A stretch of DNA of 63,318 bases, the filler included, from Octopus bimaculoides (lineage: Eukaryota): assembly GCF_001194135.2 (NCBI RefSeq). It is 6 parts of 6 records of this genome, joined end to end, with 100 filler letters (N's around TTAATTAATTAA, not from the genome) between each part and the next. Parts side by side here need not be neighbours in the genome. Positions count along the whole stretch, not along the records: positions 10,005 to 25,830 come from NC_068981.1; positions 25,931 to 38,685 come from NW_026360979.1; 4 more parts are not named here. One strand, written 5' to 3'. The notes beneath the pieces were generated by a model, which was not told the origin of the DNA, did no database searches, and was given only the letters and a program-made list of their open reading frames with translations. Of the stretch, positions 22,842 to 35,776 are shown in pieces. A program made the position numbers and the translations under genes. Each line of letters starts with the position of its first letter. The stretch's first letter is position 1.

Positions 22842-23509
22842 TAATTTGAAGTTGGCACAAACAGTAAACTGTAAAATTATGCAAAATAGAACGATTTCTA
22901 CTATAGACACAAGGCCTCAAATTTTTACGGAGATGGGACGGGAGCAGGTGCTAGTTGATTATTTCGACCGCAGTGTGCAGCTGTTACTTATTTTATCGAC
23001 CCCGAAAGGATGAAAGATAAAGTTCTCATCAGCGGAATTTGAACTTAGTATGTAAAGCCAGAAAAAATGTAGTGAAGCATTTTGCCCGGCGTGCTAATGG
23101 TTGTGCCAGCTCGCTGACTTTTAGCAAAAGAGGAATGTTACTTAAAAGTAAGTATCAACATTTACAGTACAGAGATCATTAAACAAGTAACTGGAAATAA
23201 TTATGCGATAAGAGAAACTAAAAGTCAACTTTATGTAGTGAAGAAAGAAACAATATTAGACAAGGACTATTGTTTTAAACATGTGAACAAATATGAGAAA
23301 CAACTTCAGATAGGTTTTGGTATTGCTATGACTTCATCAGCGAAGAAGAGAAGAACCTACATCATATTTACCAACTTTAGTAGTAAAAAAAAAGTGGCTT
23401 AAACTGAATGTATAAGATTGTACATTGGTGTTAGCTTCAAATTTATTAATTATACACAAAGATGTTATATAAGTATAATTATAGATAAATAATTGCAAAA
23501 TGTACTTAC

Positions 23510-23561
23510 CAGCCTGCAGTGCTACAGCTGGTCCATAAAGCATGATTCCCATATACCAGAC
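23510..23561 (-). CDS. SLC5 (sodium:solute symporter; SMCT/SMVT/NIS-like) internal exon, 52 bp
   Basis: Minus strand reads ttcctcag|GTCTGG...GCTG|gtaagt, translating as VWYMGIMLYGPAVALQA(V). This matches the SLC5 motif LYxGIVxYAPALAL. The 52-bp length and phase 0/1 match the third exon of vertebrate NIS/SMCT genes as I recall them. It joins in frame to the next exon. Confidence 0.92.
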
Positions 23562-23737
23562 CTGAGGAATTAGATTCCATGAAATATCATATATGAATTG
23601 TTTATCATAAGGAAGTGTTTAAATGAATTAGTTATAACAATTGTCATGTATTTATAAACGTTGAACGGAACTAGCTGCAATATTTTGTCTCAAAGAAAAT
23701 TTGTCATCGACTTATGTGTTAAATAAAAAACAACATA

Positions 23738-24311
23738 CATAGTCTGATCAATAAGTATCCGGACTGTTGCCATAGTAATGAAGCTAAAGCACATAGAGTG
23801 AAGCTGCTTGACAAAGATCGAACTTGAACTCTGCTGTGCATGTGCACTAAGTTCTAGCTCACTTTCGCTGTTTACAGCAGTGATTGGAAGGAACGTGCGT
23901 AGCGTGTGATCGTCATATTGACCATGACAGAGAAAGTTGAGCAGAGAATCTGCATCAAATTTTGTTAAAAGCTTGGCGATACCGGTTTAGAGGCCTATGA
24001 AAAATTTTCAAACAGTTTTCATCGTTCTCGACACAATCAAGATCTTGTGCAACTGAAACCCAAGTGTCTTTTTGGTCAGCTGAAAGCAGTTTTGGCACAA
24101 ACTTAGAGGACACGCATCTCGTACCCAAATCTTCAGTGATAATGGACTGAACTGAACCGTAACTAATCTGCACATCTTCTGATAACTCACAGATGGTGAT
24201 TCAACGGTTTCTCCTCACAGCTGCACGCACATCTGCGATGTTTTTCTCAGTTCTTCTGGTTGCGGGTCTCCCAGAACCTTCGTAAATATCGACATTTTAC
24301 GGCCATTTTTG
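23738..24311 (+). mobile_element. Mariner 5' portion with an internal inversion
   Basis: TA|catagtctgatcaataagtatccggact is TIR-like. The plus strand gives MTEKVEQRICIKFC; 24010-24310 encodes the following HTH region on the minus strand (GRPATRRTEKNI...ISYGSVQSIITEDLG..CVSSKFVPKLL). Confidence 0.8.
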
Positions 24312-25399
24312 TGTATGTGGGGCAGCAGAGCAAAAGAAAAGCACTGGGTAAGGAAATATTGGCCACCCTGAGAGTTGAAGGTCAATGAAAAGAACGTTAT
24401 TAGCGCAGCGCTAGTTCCGAAAGAAAAAAGTCATCTTCCCTCCCTTGCATATCAAATTAGGATTAATGAAACAGTATGTAAAATCACTTAGCAAAGAAAG
24501 TAAATTTTTTGAGTATATATGTAAATCATTTCCAGGACTTAGCACCGAAAACCTCAAAGCAGGAGTGTTTGATGGTCCTGATATCAGGAAACTCATTAAG
24601 GATGATGAATGTGTTAATTCAATGAACGACTTGGAATTACGCGCTTGGACATCGTTTGTTGACATGGGGAAAAGTTTCTTAGGCAATCGCCGGGCTGAAA
24701 ACTACAAGGTGTTTGTGGAAAAGCTGTTGAAAAGTCTACAGGACATAGGCGCTAATATGAGTATTGAGGTTCATTTTTTACATAGCCATCTAGATAAATT
24801 TCCGGATAATTGCGGCGATGTGAGTGATGAGTAAAAAGAACGATTCCATTGGGATACCAAAACAATGGAAGAGTGCTACCAGGGACAGTGGGACAAACGA
24901 ATGATGACTGACTACTGCTGGAGTATCAAAAGGGACTTATATAACATTGAATATGACTGACAATCAAGAAAGAGAATTTTTTTTTTACCATAGTTCTTAT
25001 GTTGACGAAGGTTTTATTTCTGCTGTTAGTTTGCTTAATGATTTGATGAAAATACTTGTTGGTCTTGGTTTATTCAATCGTGTTATTTTTAAAGACTTAG
25101 GGTCTGATTGTTATTGCAAAAATAGTATTTCTCAATAAGCAGACCAATATTTGTTGGCTTAAATACGAATTGAGATTTTACTTCGAGAAATATTGCCATC
25201 GATCAATATCAAATATACAGAAAACAAATGAAAAAAATGCATTTTTTTTTTTTTCCAAAAATGAGAAATTCCTCTACTGAGAAAACGGTAGCTAACCATA
25301 AAAAAGTAAGGTCATTTTCAGATTCAGCGCTCTCAGATTAGCATAAAAAGATGTTTGATGTCTCGACACCATTTCAAAGATTTTTTTTATTGATCAGTG
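24307..25399 (+). mobile_element. Chapaev3-like (CMC superfamily) DNA transposon, 3' half
   Basis: Translates as LCMWGSRA...PPLHIKLGLMKQYVK...GVFDGPDIRKL...HFLHSHLDKFPDNCGDVSDE*KERFH...YQGQW...DYCW. The terminus is ...tttattgatcagtg followed by tta. Confidence 0.8.
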
Positions 25400-26654
25400 T
25401 TATCAGACACTGATTTTTTGACTTGGTTTCATCACCAAACGATTCAGTGATTTTTAAGTCAAACTGCCGAATGTCTTTGTATCAAACTAACCAGAATCTC
25501 TGTGTCTAACTGCCAGTGTCTCTTTGTCCCAATTTTTCTATGACAAATTAACCAAGGTCTTTGTGTCAAAACTACTCAATATCGGTATAATAAACTATTC
25601 ATTATCTCAGTATAAGATTAGTCGCTGTTACTAACTAAAACTTCCCACTTTCCTCCACAACTAAAGTTGATGAGACAGCCTCGCAGCAACTGCATCAATG
25701 TAATGAGGAAATCAAAATTAGGTTTTCTAAACAGGACAGACTTAAATACGTAAAACAGCTGCGATTGTACAATTCATGTAAGAATTACAACTATATATAT
25801 ATATATATATTTATTTTTTTTTTTTTTTTTNNNNNNNNNNNNNNNNNNNNNNNNNNNNNNNNNNNNNNNNNNNNTTAATTAATTAANNNNNNNNNNNNNN
25901 NNNNNNNNNNNNNNNNNNNNNNNNNNNNNNTATAGTTGCATATGTGTCGGTCGGGGTGAGGTGGGGTGGCGGTAGGGATGATTATAATGGCGGCGGTTGT
26001 GTGTTCAGGGTGGGGTGGAGGCAGAGCTCGGAGACGGGGTGTGTGTTGGTGGGGGTGTTAGGATGCGTATGTGTGCGTTTGTCAGGATTAATTAATAAGC
26101 AGGTGTTAGATCTCATCGAATTTGGGTAAGAGCCACGGGTGGTACGGTGTGGAGCAGGGTAGAAGAGGAGCGACGTGGGGAGCAGAGGTAGTGGTGGTGG
26201 TGGTGGACGTAGAGCTAATGAAGAACCGAGGCAGTAGAGCAAGGTTTTGGGGTAGGTATGAAGGGGTGTGAAGGAAAGGAAACGGTTGGCGTCTGAAGAG
26301 TTTGCTGCTTTATACATTCTTTGTTCTGCTATACAGAAAACGGCGCAATAAACTTTGGTCTGGAGGCTAAGGTAGCTACGAAAGGCCGGGGTGGGATGGG
26401 GTGCCGGTTCTCTAATTAATGTAGTTCAGGGTAACTAGGGTGGGAATAAAAATTAAATTTGGGATTGTCATGGTCGCTGCCGTTGTTGTTGCTGTTGTTG
26501 TTGTTGGTGGTGGTGGTGGACGTGGTGGTTGTTGTTCTTGTTGCTGTTTATCCTCAAGTCACCCATGATTGAGCAACCAAGCTGAAGAAGACCTTCATAT
26601 TTCATACGTCTAAGGCATGGTATATCAAGGACTCTATTATCCAAAATGCCGTTC

Positions 26655-26708
<54 letters not shown>

Positions 26709-27403
26709 GTTGTTGTTGTTGTTGTTGTTGTTGTTCTTCTTCTTCTTCTTCTTGTCATTATTATTATTATTATCATTATTATTATTNNNNNNNNNNNNNN
26801 NNNNNNNNNNNNNNNNNNNNNNNNNNNNNNNNNNNNNNNNNNNNNNNNNNNNNNNNNNNNNNNNNNNNNNNNNNNNNNNNNNNNNNNNNNNNNNNNNNNN
26901 NNNNNNNNNNNNNNNNNNNNNNNNNNNNNNNNNNNNNNNNNNNNNNNNNNNNNNNNNNNNNNNNNNNNNNNNNNNNNNNNNNNNNNNNNNNNNNNNNNNN
27001 NNNNNNNNNNNNNNNNNNNNNNNNNNNNNNNNNNNNNNNNNNNNNNNNNNNNNNNNNNNNNNNNNNNNNNNNNNNNNNNNNNNNNNNNNNNNNNNNNNNN
27101 NNNNNNNNNNNNNNNNNNNNNNNNNNNNNNNNNNNNNNNNNNNNNNNNNNNNNNNNNNNNNNNNNNNNNNNNNNNNNNNNNNNNNNNNNNNNNNNNNNNN
27201 NNNNNNNNNNNNNNNNNNNNNNNNNNNNNNNNNNNNNNNNNNNNNNNNNNNNNNNNNNNNNNNNNNNNNNNNNNNNNNNNNNNNNNNNNNNNNNNNNNNN
27301 NNNNNNNNNNNNNNNNNNNNNNNNNNNNNNNNNNNNNNNNNNNNNNNNNNNNNNNNNNNNNNNNNNNNNNNNNNNNNNNNNNNNNNNNNNNNNNNNNNNN
27401 NNN

Positions 27404-27440
<37 letters not shown>

Positions 27441-27849
27441 TATGTACACATATCTATATATGCGTATATGTGTGTGTATGTATGTGTGTGTGTGTGTATC
27501 AATATTTAGCAGAAGTAACAGAGTGACTAACTTAAGGTCCCCGAGTTTCGTTCGTTGGCACTTATCAAACTAGTTGAGTTCCAACGTACGAAACTCTCGG
27601 ACATCAATGTCACTCTATTTCTTTTGCTAAATATTAATCCCCATAACTTAGCGGTTCCGGAAAAAGAGACCGATAGAATAAGTACTAGGCTTACAAAGAA
27701 TAAGTCTTAGAGTCGATTTGCTCGACTAAAGGCGGTGCTCCAGCATGGCTGCTGTCAAATGACTGAAACGATTAAAAACAACAAAACATATATATTTATG
27801 TATAACTATGTGTGTGTGTGTATGTGTGTGAGTATTTGTGTGTGTATGA

Positions 27850-28179
27850 ATGAAGGCCCGTGGCTTAGTGGTTAGGGCATTCCGTTCACGAACGTAAGGT
27901 CCTGAGTTCAATTCCCGGCTATGCGTTGGGTCCTTGAGCAAGACACTTTATTTCACGTTGCTCCAGTCCACTAAACTGACAAAAATGAATAGTACCTGTA
28001 TTACAAAAGGCCAGCCTCGTCAGATTCTGTGTCACGCTGAATATCCCCCGAGAACTACGTTAAGGGTACACGTGTCTGTGGAGTGCTCAGCCACATGCAC
28101 GTTAATTTCACGAGCAGGTTGTTCCGTCGATGGTATCAACTGGAACCCTCATCGTCGTAACCGACGGAGTGCTCGTTTA
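27850..28179 (+). mobile_element. tRNA/CORE-type SINE
   Basis: A and B boxes, CORE-like tccttgagcaagacactttatttcacgttgctccagtcc, and the 3' part shared with 559-948. Confidence 0.85.
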
Positions 28180-29089
28180 NNNNNNNNNNNNNNNNNNNNN
28201 NNNNNNNNNNNNNNNNNNNNNNNNNNNNNNNNNNNNNNNNNNNNNNNNNNNNNNNNNNNNNNNNNNNNNNNNNNNNNNNNNNNNNNNNNNNNNNNNNNNN
28301 NNNNNNNNNNNNNNNNNNNNNNNNNNNNNNNNNNNNNNNNNNNNNNNNNNNNNNNNNNNNNNNNNNNNNNNNNNNNNNNNNNNNNNNNNNNNNNNNNNNN
28401 NNNNNNNNNNNNNNNNNNNNNNNNNNNNNNNNNNNNNNNNNNNNNNNNNNNNNNNNNNNNNNNNNNNNNNNNNNNNNNNNNNNNNNNNNNNNNNNNNNNN
28501 NNNNNNNNNNNNNNNNNNNNNNNNNNNNNNNNNNNNNNNNNNNNNNNNNNNNNNNNNNNNNNNNNNNNNNNNNNNNNNNNNNNNNNNNNNNNNNNNNNNN
28601 NNNNNNNNNNNNNNNNNNNNNNNNNNNNNNNNNNNNNNNNNNNNNNNNNNNNNNNNNNNNNNNNNNNNNNNNNNNNNNNNNNNNNNNNNNNNNNNNNNNN
28701 NNNNNNNNNNNNNNNNNNNNNNNNNNNNNNNNNNNNNNNNNNNNNNNNNNNNNNNNNNNNNNNNNNNNNNNNNNNNNNNNNNNNNNNNNNNNNNNNNNNN
28801 NNNNNNNNNNNNNNNNNNNNNNNNNNNNNNNNNNNNNNNNNNNNNNNNNNNNNNNNNNNNNNNNNNNNNNNNNNNNNNNNNNNNNNNNNNNNNNNNNNNN
28901 NNNNNNNNNNNNNNNNNNNNNNNNNNNNNNNNNNNNNNNNNNNNNNNNNNNNNNNNNNNNNNNNNNNNNNNNNNNNNNNNNNNNNNNNNNNNNNNNNNNN
29001 NNNNNNNNNNNNNNNNNNNNNNNNNNNNNNNNNNNNNNNNNNNNNNNNNNNNNNNNNNNNNNNNNNNNNNNNNNNNNNNNNNNNNNNNN

Positions 29090-29153
<64 letters not shown>

Positions 29154-29346
29154 CACGCGTGTAGTTTTCTATTGAAACTGAGATTTCGTGTTGCGAATCG
29201 AGTTTCACCGTCAATATAAGCCATATCCACTACATCTTTTGAGCGCTCCTCTCTCATTTGCCCAACGTACATGTACACATACACGCATACACGCATACAT
29301 GCATAGAAATATTAAAGCAAGAAATTTTGCAATATTTTTAATTCCA

Positions 29347-29347
29347 T

Positions 29348-29410
<63 letters not shown>

Positions 29411-29551
29411 TAATCATAGTAGTAGTAATAGTAATAATAATAATATTAATAATAATAATAATAATAATAATAGTAGTAGTAGTAATAGTAGTAACAATAC
29501 TACTATTACTACTGCTACTAATAATAATAATAATAATTATAATAATAATAA
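29347..29551. repeat. Compound (TAG)n/(TAA)n/(TAC)n trinucleotide array
   Basis: Seen directly. Confidence 0.97.
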
Positions 29552-29973
29552 TCCTTTCTGCTGTAGGCACAAGGCCTGAAATCTGGGGGAGGTGTTAAGT
29601 CGATTACTTCAACTCCATTGTTTCACTGGTACTGAATTTGTCGACCCTGAAAGCATGAAAAGGTAAAGTCGACGTCGGCAGAATTTGAACTCAGAAGGTA
29701 GCGACGGACGTAATGGTGCCGCTGAGCCAATTCAACGCCTTATCAATAATTATAATATTGATTTCAAATTTTGGCACAAGGCCAGGAGTTTCGAGGATGC
29801 GTGTTAAGTCGATTACATCGACTCTATTACTCAACTGATACTTATCTTATCGGCCCCGAAAGGGTGAAAAGCAAAGTCGACCTCGGTGGAATTTGAACTC
29901 GGAGCGTAACAACAGACGAAATACCGCTAAGCATTTTACGGGCGTGCTAACGATTCTGCCAGCACGCTGCCTT
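29550..29973 (-). mobile_element. Two tandem family A SINE copies
   Basis: Repeated ggcacaaggcc...gtcgattac...gtcgac...gaatttgaactc...gcctt modules. Confidence 0.8.
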
Positions 29974-30500
29974 TTCAATTATTATATATATTAATAACAT
30001 CATCATTTTGATTATCAGGAACAACTCTTTCGAAATATCTACAAATTCTCCGCTGTATACTTAACTAATAATATTGCTTCGATGGCGTTCGATATTTGGA
30101 TTGGATTAAATCAATCTATCACGAGGAAGTTGATTGCGATATTGATGATGAATTATTGATTNNNNNNNNNNNNNNNNNNNNNNNNNNNNNNNNNNNNNNN
30201 NNNNNNNNNNNNNNNNNNNNNNNNNNNNNNNNNNNNNNNNNNNNNNNNNNNNNNNNNNNNNNNNNNNNNNNNNNNNNNNNNNNNNNNNNNNNNNNNNNNN
30301 NNNNNNNNNNNNNNNNNNNNNNNNNNNNNNNNNNNNNNNNNNNNNNNNNNNNNNNNNNNNNNNNNNNNNNNNNNNNNNNNNNNNNNNNNNNNNNNNNNNN
30401 NNNNNNNNNNNNNNNNNNNNNNNNNNNNNNNNNNNNNNNNNNNNNNNNNNNNNNNNNNNNNNNNNNNNNNNNNNNNNNNNNNNNNNNNNNNNNNNNNNNN

Positions 30501-30531
<31 letters not shown>

Positions 30532-30987
30532 GTACATGTGTGCATGTGTTTATTAAGAGTTTGTATAGATTAATTTTTCACGGCCAGTTTAACCTAAGAA
30601 TCTGGCCTTGCCAACTTTGGGTCGGTTCTTGGCTATTAAAAGATCGTCCATGGTTTTTCGATTCATCAATTTTGTATTCAAGGCTGAATCTCTCAGAGAA
30701 AGCTTCATAAAAATAATACGACAATAACAATAACAACAACAACAATAATAACTATGAGAAGGATGAAAATGATGATGATGGTGATGATGATGATGATGAT
30801 GATGATGATGGTGATGATGATGGTGGTGGTGGTGGTGAGGAGGAGGATAATGATGGTAATAATATAAGTAGTAGTAGTAGTAGTGGTAGCAATAATAAAA
30901 TAAATAGTAGTAACAGTAGACTTACCTCCTACTCGAAATTGCTGGCCTCGTGCGCAAAATTTGAAACCATTATCATTATAATTATTA

Positions 30988-31039
<52 letters not shown>

Positions 31040-31163
31040 TGTCAGTATATTTATAAAGATAATTGACATTATTGTTATTATTATTAGTTTCAATAAGATT
31101 AATGTTATTACTAATATTAACGTTAAGAATAACAACAACAACAACAACAATAATAATAATAAT

Positions 31164-31366
31164 CTTTTCAACTATAAGCACGAGGCTTGATTTTTATGGG
31201 GAAGGGGACTAGTCGATTACATGCTCCCCAGTGTTTCACTGGTACTTAGTTTATCGACCCCGAATGGATGAAAGGCAAAAATCGAACTCGGCGGACTTTG
31301 AAAACAGAACGTAAAGACGGACGAAATGCCGCTAATCGGTGCTACCGATTCTGCCAGCTCACCGCC

Positions 31367-31368
<2 letters not shown>
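31164..31368 (-). mobile_element. Family A SINE flanked by (TAA)n
   Basis: Same modules as above, with (TAA)n on both sides. Confidence 0.8.
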
Positions 31369-31427
<59 letters not shown>

Positions 31428-31429
31428 TG

Positions 31430-31816
31430 ATAACCAAGAAAAAATGCTTTCTAATCGATGTATCAATACCAACAGATGGCAACGTTTCTCTAAAAGAATC
31501 AGAGAAATTTTCAAAATACAAAGATCTCGAAATAGAGGTAACTTGAATGTAGAGTCTAAAAACAAAAACAATTCCTGTCATTGTAGGTGCATTAGGTATA
31601 ATAAAAAAAACATTCAGGCAAATACATAACCAAAACACCAGGTCTTACAAGTATATATAACATACAGAAAATAGCGCACATCCTATGTAAAAACACATTC
31701 AATACAATGAAAAAGAGAGCACCACAACAAACCAAAGCACATACCGAAGGCATACAGAGTTGCTATCGATAGTACAGTGGTGAAAGCACGTGATAAAAAT
31801 AAGACCACTGAATAAC
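31430..31816 (+). mobile_element. Dong/R4-like LINE, 5'-truncated copy between (TAA)n arrays
   Basis: Translates as KKCFLIDVSIPTDGNVSLKESEKFSKYKDLEIEVT* and continues into a 3' UTR ending ...gaccactgaataac(aat)n. Confidence 0.85.
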
Positions 31817-31872
<56 letters not shown>

Positions 31873-31875
<3 letters not shown>

Positions 31876-32568
31876 AAAGAAACATAAGTAGCTACAGAAT
31901 ATGTAGGGATGGACAAGAAAAATTAAATCATATTGTCTCTGGTTATCCAGTCCTGGCTAAGAAGGAATATATTCACAGACACGACAGAGTTGGGGCCTAC
32001 ATGCACTGGAAGCTACGCCAACACTATGGAATAACAACAGAAAATAGATGGTATAAACACATGCCAGAAAAGGTCACAGAAAACGAGAAAGCAACCATGC
32101 TCTGGGATATGCCAATACACACGGATAGAGAAATTAAGGCCAATAGACCAGGTATAGTTGTCAGAGATCATGAAGGAAAAAAATGCTTTCTAATTGATAT
32201 ATCAATACCAACAGACGACAACGTTTCTCTAAAAGAAACAGAGAAACTTTCAAAATACAAAGACCTGGAAATAGAGGTAACTTGAATGTGGAATCTAAAA
32301 ACAAACAATTCCTATAATAATAGGTACATTAGGTTTGATAAAAAAAAACAACATTCAGACAAATACATGACAAAAACACCAGAACTTACAAATATATATT
32401 ACAAAACATAGCACTATTAGGCACTGCACATATCCTATGCAAAAGCACTTTCAATACAGTAACCATAAGAGCATCACAGCAAACCACAGCACATACCCAA
32501 GGCACACAGAGCTGCACTCGGTAGTGTAGTGAAAGCACGTGATAAAAATAAAACTACTGAATGATAAC

Positions 32569-32569
<1 letters not shown>
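31873..32569 (+). mobile_element. Dong/R4-like LINE, longer 5'-truncated copy (CCHC knuckle, RLE domain, 3' UTR)
   Basis: Translates as RICRDGQEKLNHIVSGYPVLAKKEYIHRHDRVGAYMHWKL...LWDMPIHTDREIKANRPGIVVRDHEGKKCFLIDISIP, the R4/Dong CxxC-H-C, RHD and PD..D motifs in decayed form. (TAA)n lies on both sides. Confidence 0.9.
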
Positions 32570-32636
<67 letters not shown>

Positions 32637-34479
32637 GAAAACGCCGACGACAACGACAGTTGACGGCTACGGGAATATCGATTATTATAATGATGAATAT
32701 ATTTTTGTAATAAGCTAAGCAATGAAATATTAGCACCGGGAAGCACACAAAACCAAACACTTTGCTGTATTTGATACACTTCTCGTTTCGTTTTTAGTTC
32801 TAATCCTAGCCAAAAGCAATTCTCGTATTTGATTCTTTATGGCGTACTTAAAATAACGAAGTACCAGTTAAATATTATGATCGATTGTTTTGGTTACAAT
32901 TTCTTCTGGCAAATTGTTAGTACTTGTGTTTATGTTTGAAGAAATAATTATTATGACGGTGAATGGAAAAGTAAGAAGACCGACGGGGAAAATGTTGGCG
33001 ATTCTACTCCAACCAAGATGGCGGTTATTCTTCTGTATTTGGATGTAATTCAATAATTTTTATGGATTCGTATTTATTCGTTTACATACATTATGAGCAG
33101 CACAGAAGTGGGTTTTCAAGTCTGGTACGAGTACGTACTTCTTTGGGTAGGCTTAGCAACGATGGGCGCTTCTTGTAGTCGGCGTCCTGAGAGTTAACAC
33201 CTACTCTCAAACATGCCTCTATTCCGTCATTGAACTTTTCGTTGAGTGTTTTATCTCTTTTGACAACAGCCAGCCATGGTATGCAACACATAAGACAGAA
33301 GTAAAGAAGTAAAAGTCACGTGATGCCTGTACTTGAGAGCTTTTAATGTGAGGAATGGTGTTTTACAGGATGACTCCCTTCACATTTCCCTGATAATGTT
33401 CTAGAAAGTCGAATCACATGATGGCTTGATACTGACTGATCACTTAATCGACCGATCACGTGAAACGATAATATGCCAAGCGTGGCGTCCACACGGCTGT
33501 CCAGCGATTCAGTTTCGAATCTACTACACCATGTTTATTTTTTAAACTCTTGAGGTGATTGTTTAATGCGGTTTTAGCTTCTATCTTTAAGGTTTATCTT
33601 TTTCTTTTTTCAGTCTTTCGACTGTGGTCATGTTGGGGCACCACTTTCAGGAGTTTTAGTTGAACAAATTGACTCCAGGACTTATGCCGTTTTTAAAATC
33701 TGGTACTTATTTATCGGGTCTTTTGCTGAATTGCTAAGTTACGAGGGTCATAATTGAACTAGCAGCGGTCGTCAAGCGGTGTGGCGGAGGTAAAGCATAC
33801 ACACACGCACACACACACATTTATATGCGTATATATATATATATATATATATATATAGCAATGTTAATTCTCTAAATATATATATATANNNNNNNNNNNN
33901 NNNNNNNNNNNNNNNNNNNNNNNNNNNNNNNNNNNNNNNNNNNNNNNNNNNNNNNNNNNNNNNNNNNNNNNNNNNNNNNNNNNNNNNNNNNNNNNNNNNN
34001 NNNNNNNNNNNNNNNNNNNNNNNNNNNNNNNNNNNNNNNNNNNNNNNNNNNNNNNNNNNNNNNNNNNNNNNNNNNNNNNNNNNNNNNNNNNNNNNNNNNN
34101 NNNNNNNNNNNNNNNNNNNNNNNNNNNNNNNNNNNNNNNNNNNNNNNNNNNNNNNNNNNNNNNNNNNNNNNNNNNNNNNNNNNNNNNNNNNNNNNNNNNN
34201 NNNNNNNNNNNNNNNNNNNNNNNNNNNNNNNNNNNNNNNNNNNNNNNNNNNNNNNNNNNNNNNNNNNNNNNNNNNNNNNNNNNNNNNNNNNNNNNNNNNN
34301 NNNNNNNNNNNNNNNNNNNNNNNNNNNNNNNNNNNNNNNNNNNNNNNNNNNNNNNNNNNNNNNNNNNNNNNNNNNNNNNNNNNNNNNNNNNNNNNNNNNN
34401 NNNNNNNNNNNNNNNNATTTGTATGTATGTATGTATGTATGTATGTATGTATGTATGTATGTGTATATGTTTGTGTGTC

Positions 34480-34680
34480 TGTGTTTGTTCCCCCACATTG
34501 CTTAACAACCGATGCTGGTGTGCTTATGTCCCCGTAACTTGGCGGTTCGGCTTAATAGACCGATAGAATAAGTACTAGGCTTCCAAAGAATAAGTCCTGG
34601 GGGTCGATTTGCTCGACTAAAAGCGGTGCTCCAGCATGGCCACAGTCAAATGACTGAAGCAAGTAAAAGAGTAAAAGAGT
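34480..34680 (+). mobile_element. SINE family C 3' portion with (GTAAAAGA)n tail
   Basis: ccgatagaataagtactaggc...ggcggtgctccagcatggcc..agtcaaatgactgaa. Related copies lie at 27640-27775, 36880-37097, 55020-55170 (minus) and 8620-8770 (minus). Confidence 0.75.
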
Positions 34681-35025
34681 AAGGGAATCAAAAATCTGTT
34701 TTCCTTATTCGCCAAGTTGCCTTTATGAGATTACAAGTTTAGTCGCAGACGAGCCAAACATTTAACAGGCTGAAACATGTTACAAAGATACAAACAACAA
34801 ATGGAACTCACCAAATCATTTCATAATTGCACAGTTCTCATGTTCTATATACAGTTTTCGATGGTGTATACGGCATAGGTTTTCCCAAAAATATGACTCA
34901 GAAAATTACGTTGAGTCCAGGATGCAAATATTAAGCTTCCCATAAACTAATGTTGCCTTGACGATCACTGATCTAGGTTAATTACAATACAGAGTTTTTA
35001 CAACCTAACTTGATTCCAAGATAAT

Positions 35026-35461
35026 GGTTCCAAATTTTGGTACAAGGCCAGCAATTTCAGGGGAGGGTGCAAGTCGATTACATTGACCCCAGTGTTCATC
35101 TGGTTGCGTATTTTATTGGCCCCGAAAGGATGGAAGGCAAAGTCGGCCTCAGCAGGATTTTGAATTCAGAATGTAAAGACGGACAAAATACCGCGAAGCA
35201 TTTCGCCCAGCATGCTAACAATTCTGCCAGCTCGCCACCTTAATGATAATAATGATAATAATCCTTTCTACTATAGGCACACAAGGCCTGAAATTTGTGG
35301 GCAGGGGTCTAGTCTATTACATCAACCCCAGCGTTTCACTGGTACTTATTTTTACGACGCCGAAATAATGAAAGGTAAAGTCGACCTCAAAAGTAAAGAT
35401 GAACAAAATGCTGCTAAGCATTCTTCCAAGCGTGCTAACAATTTTGCCAGTTCGCCACTTT
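35026..35461 (-). mobile_element. Two tandem family A SINE copies separated by a taatgataat spacer
   Basis: Same modules; ends 316 bp upstream of the NOS exon. Confidence 0.8.
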
Positions 35462-35776
35462 AATAATAATTTTAAAAAAAAACAGTATCATATACAGTTA
35501 CCTTTTCTGCTATAACTAAGGTACTTTTGTAATATTCTCTTGTGTTTGATTATTTATTTAGATTGTTTTAAATATTACATGCTTTAATGAACTAAAAACT
35601 GTTTCTCGTTTTTCCCTAAATACCCGCCGCTGAAATTAGGTTGGATCTAAGATGTCGTTCGTCTTTTATGCCATCAAATACTGCATTTGCTATAATATAT
35701 ATCGTGTACATTATATCATTCGAATATTGCATAATTTGCAAAACTTGTATGTATTACAATATGTTTTCTATTGCAG

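Noticed and set aside
25931-26460. G-rich strand-asymmetric tract with G4-like runs and a CTGAAGA...GAAA pair near 26293-26340
   Set aside because: No convincing stem II or stem I pairing and no recognisable protein. It may be a decayed Penelope-like end, but I cannot support that.
30590-30710. Minus-strand peptide RKTMDDLLIAKNR resembling the SLC5 exon 1 motif
   Set aside because: The flanking transmembrane segments are absent and the frame closes after 39 codons.
31369-32635. Regularly interspaced repeats suggesting a CRISPR-like array
   Set aside because: The repeats are (TAA)n microsatellites, the spacers are homologous LINE ends, and the context is eukaryotic with no cas genes.
33316-33470. 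Cluster of CACGTG/CACATG E-box motifs as a NOS or SLC5 promoter
   Set aside because: Short motifs with no transcription start, first exon or conservation evidence available from sequence alone.
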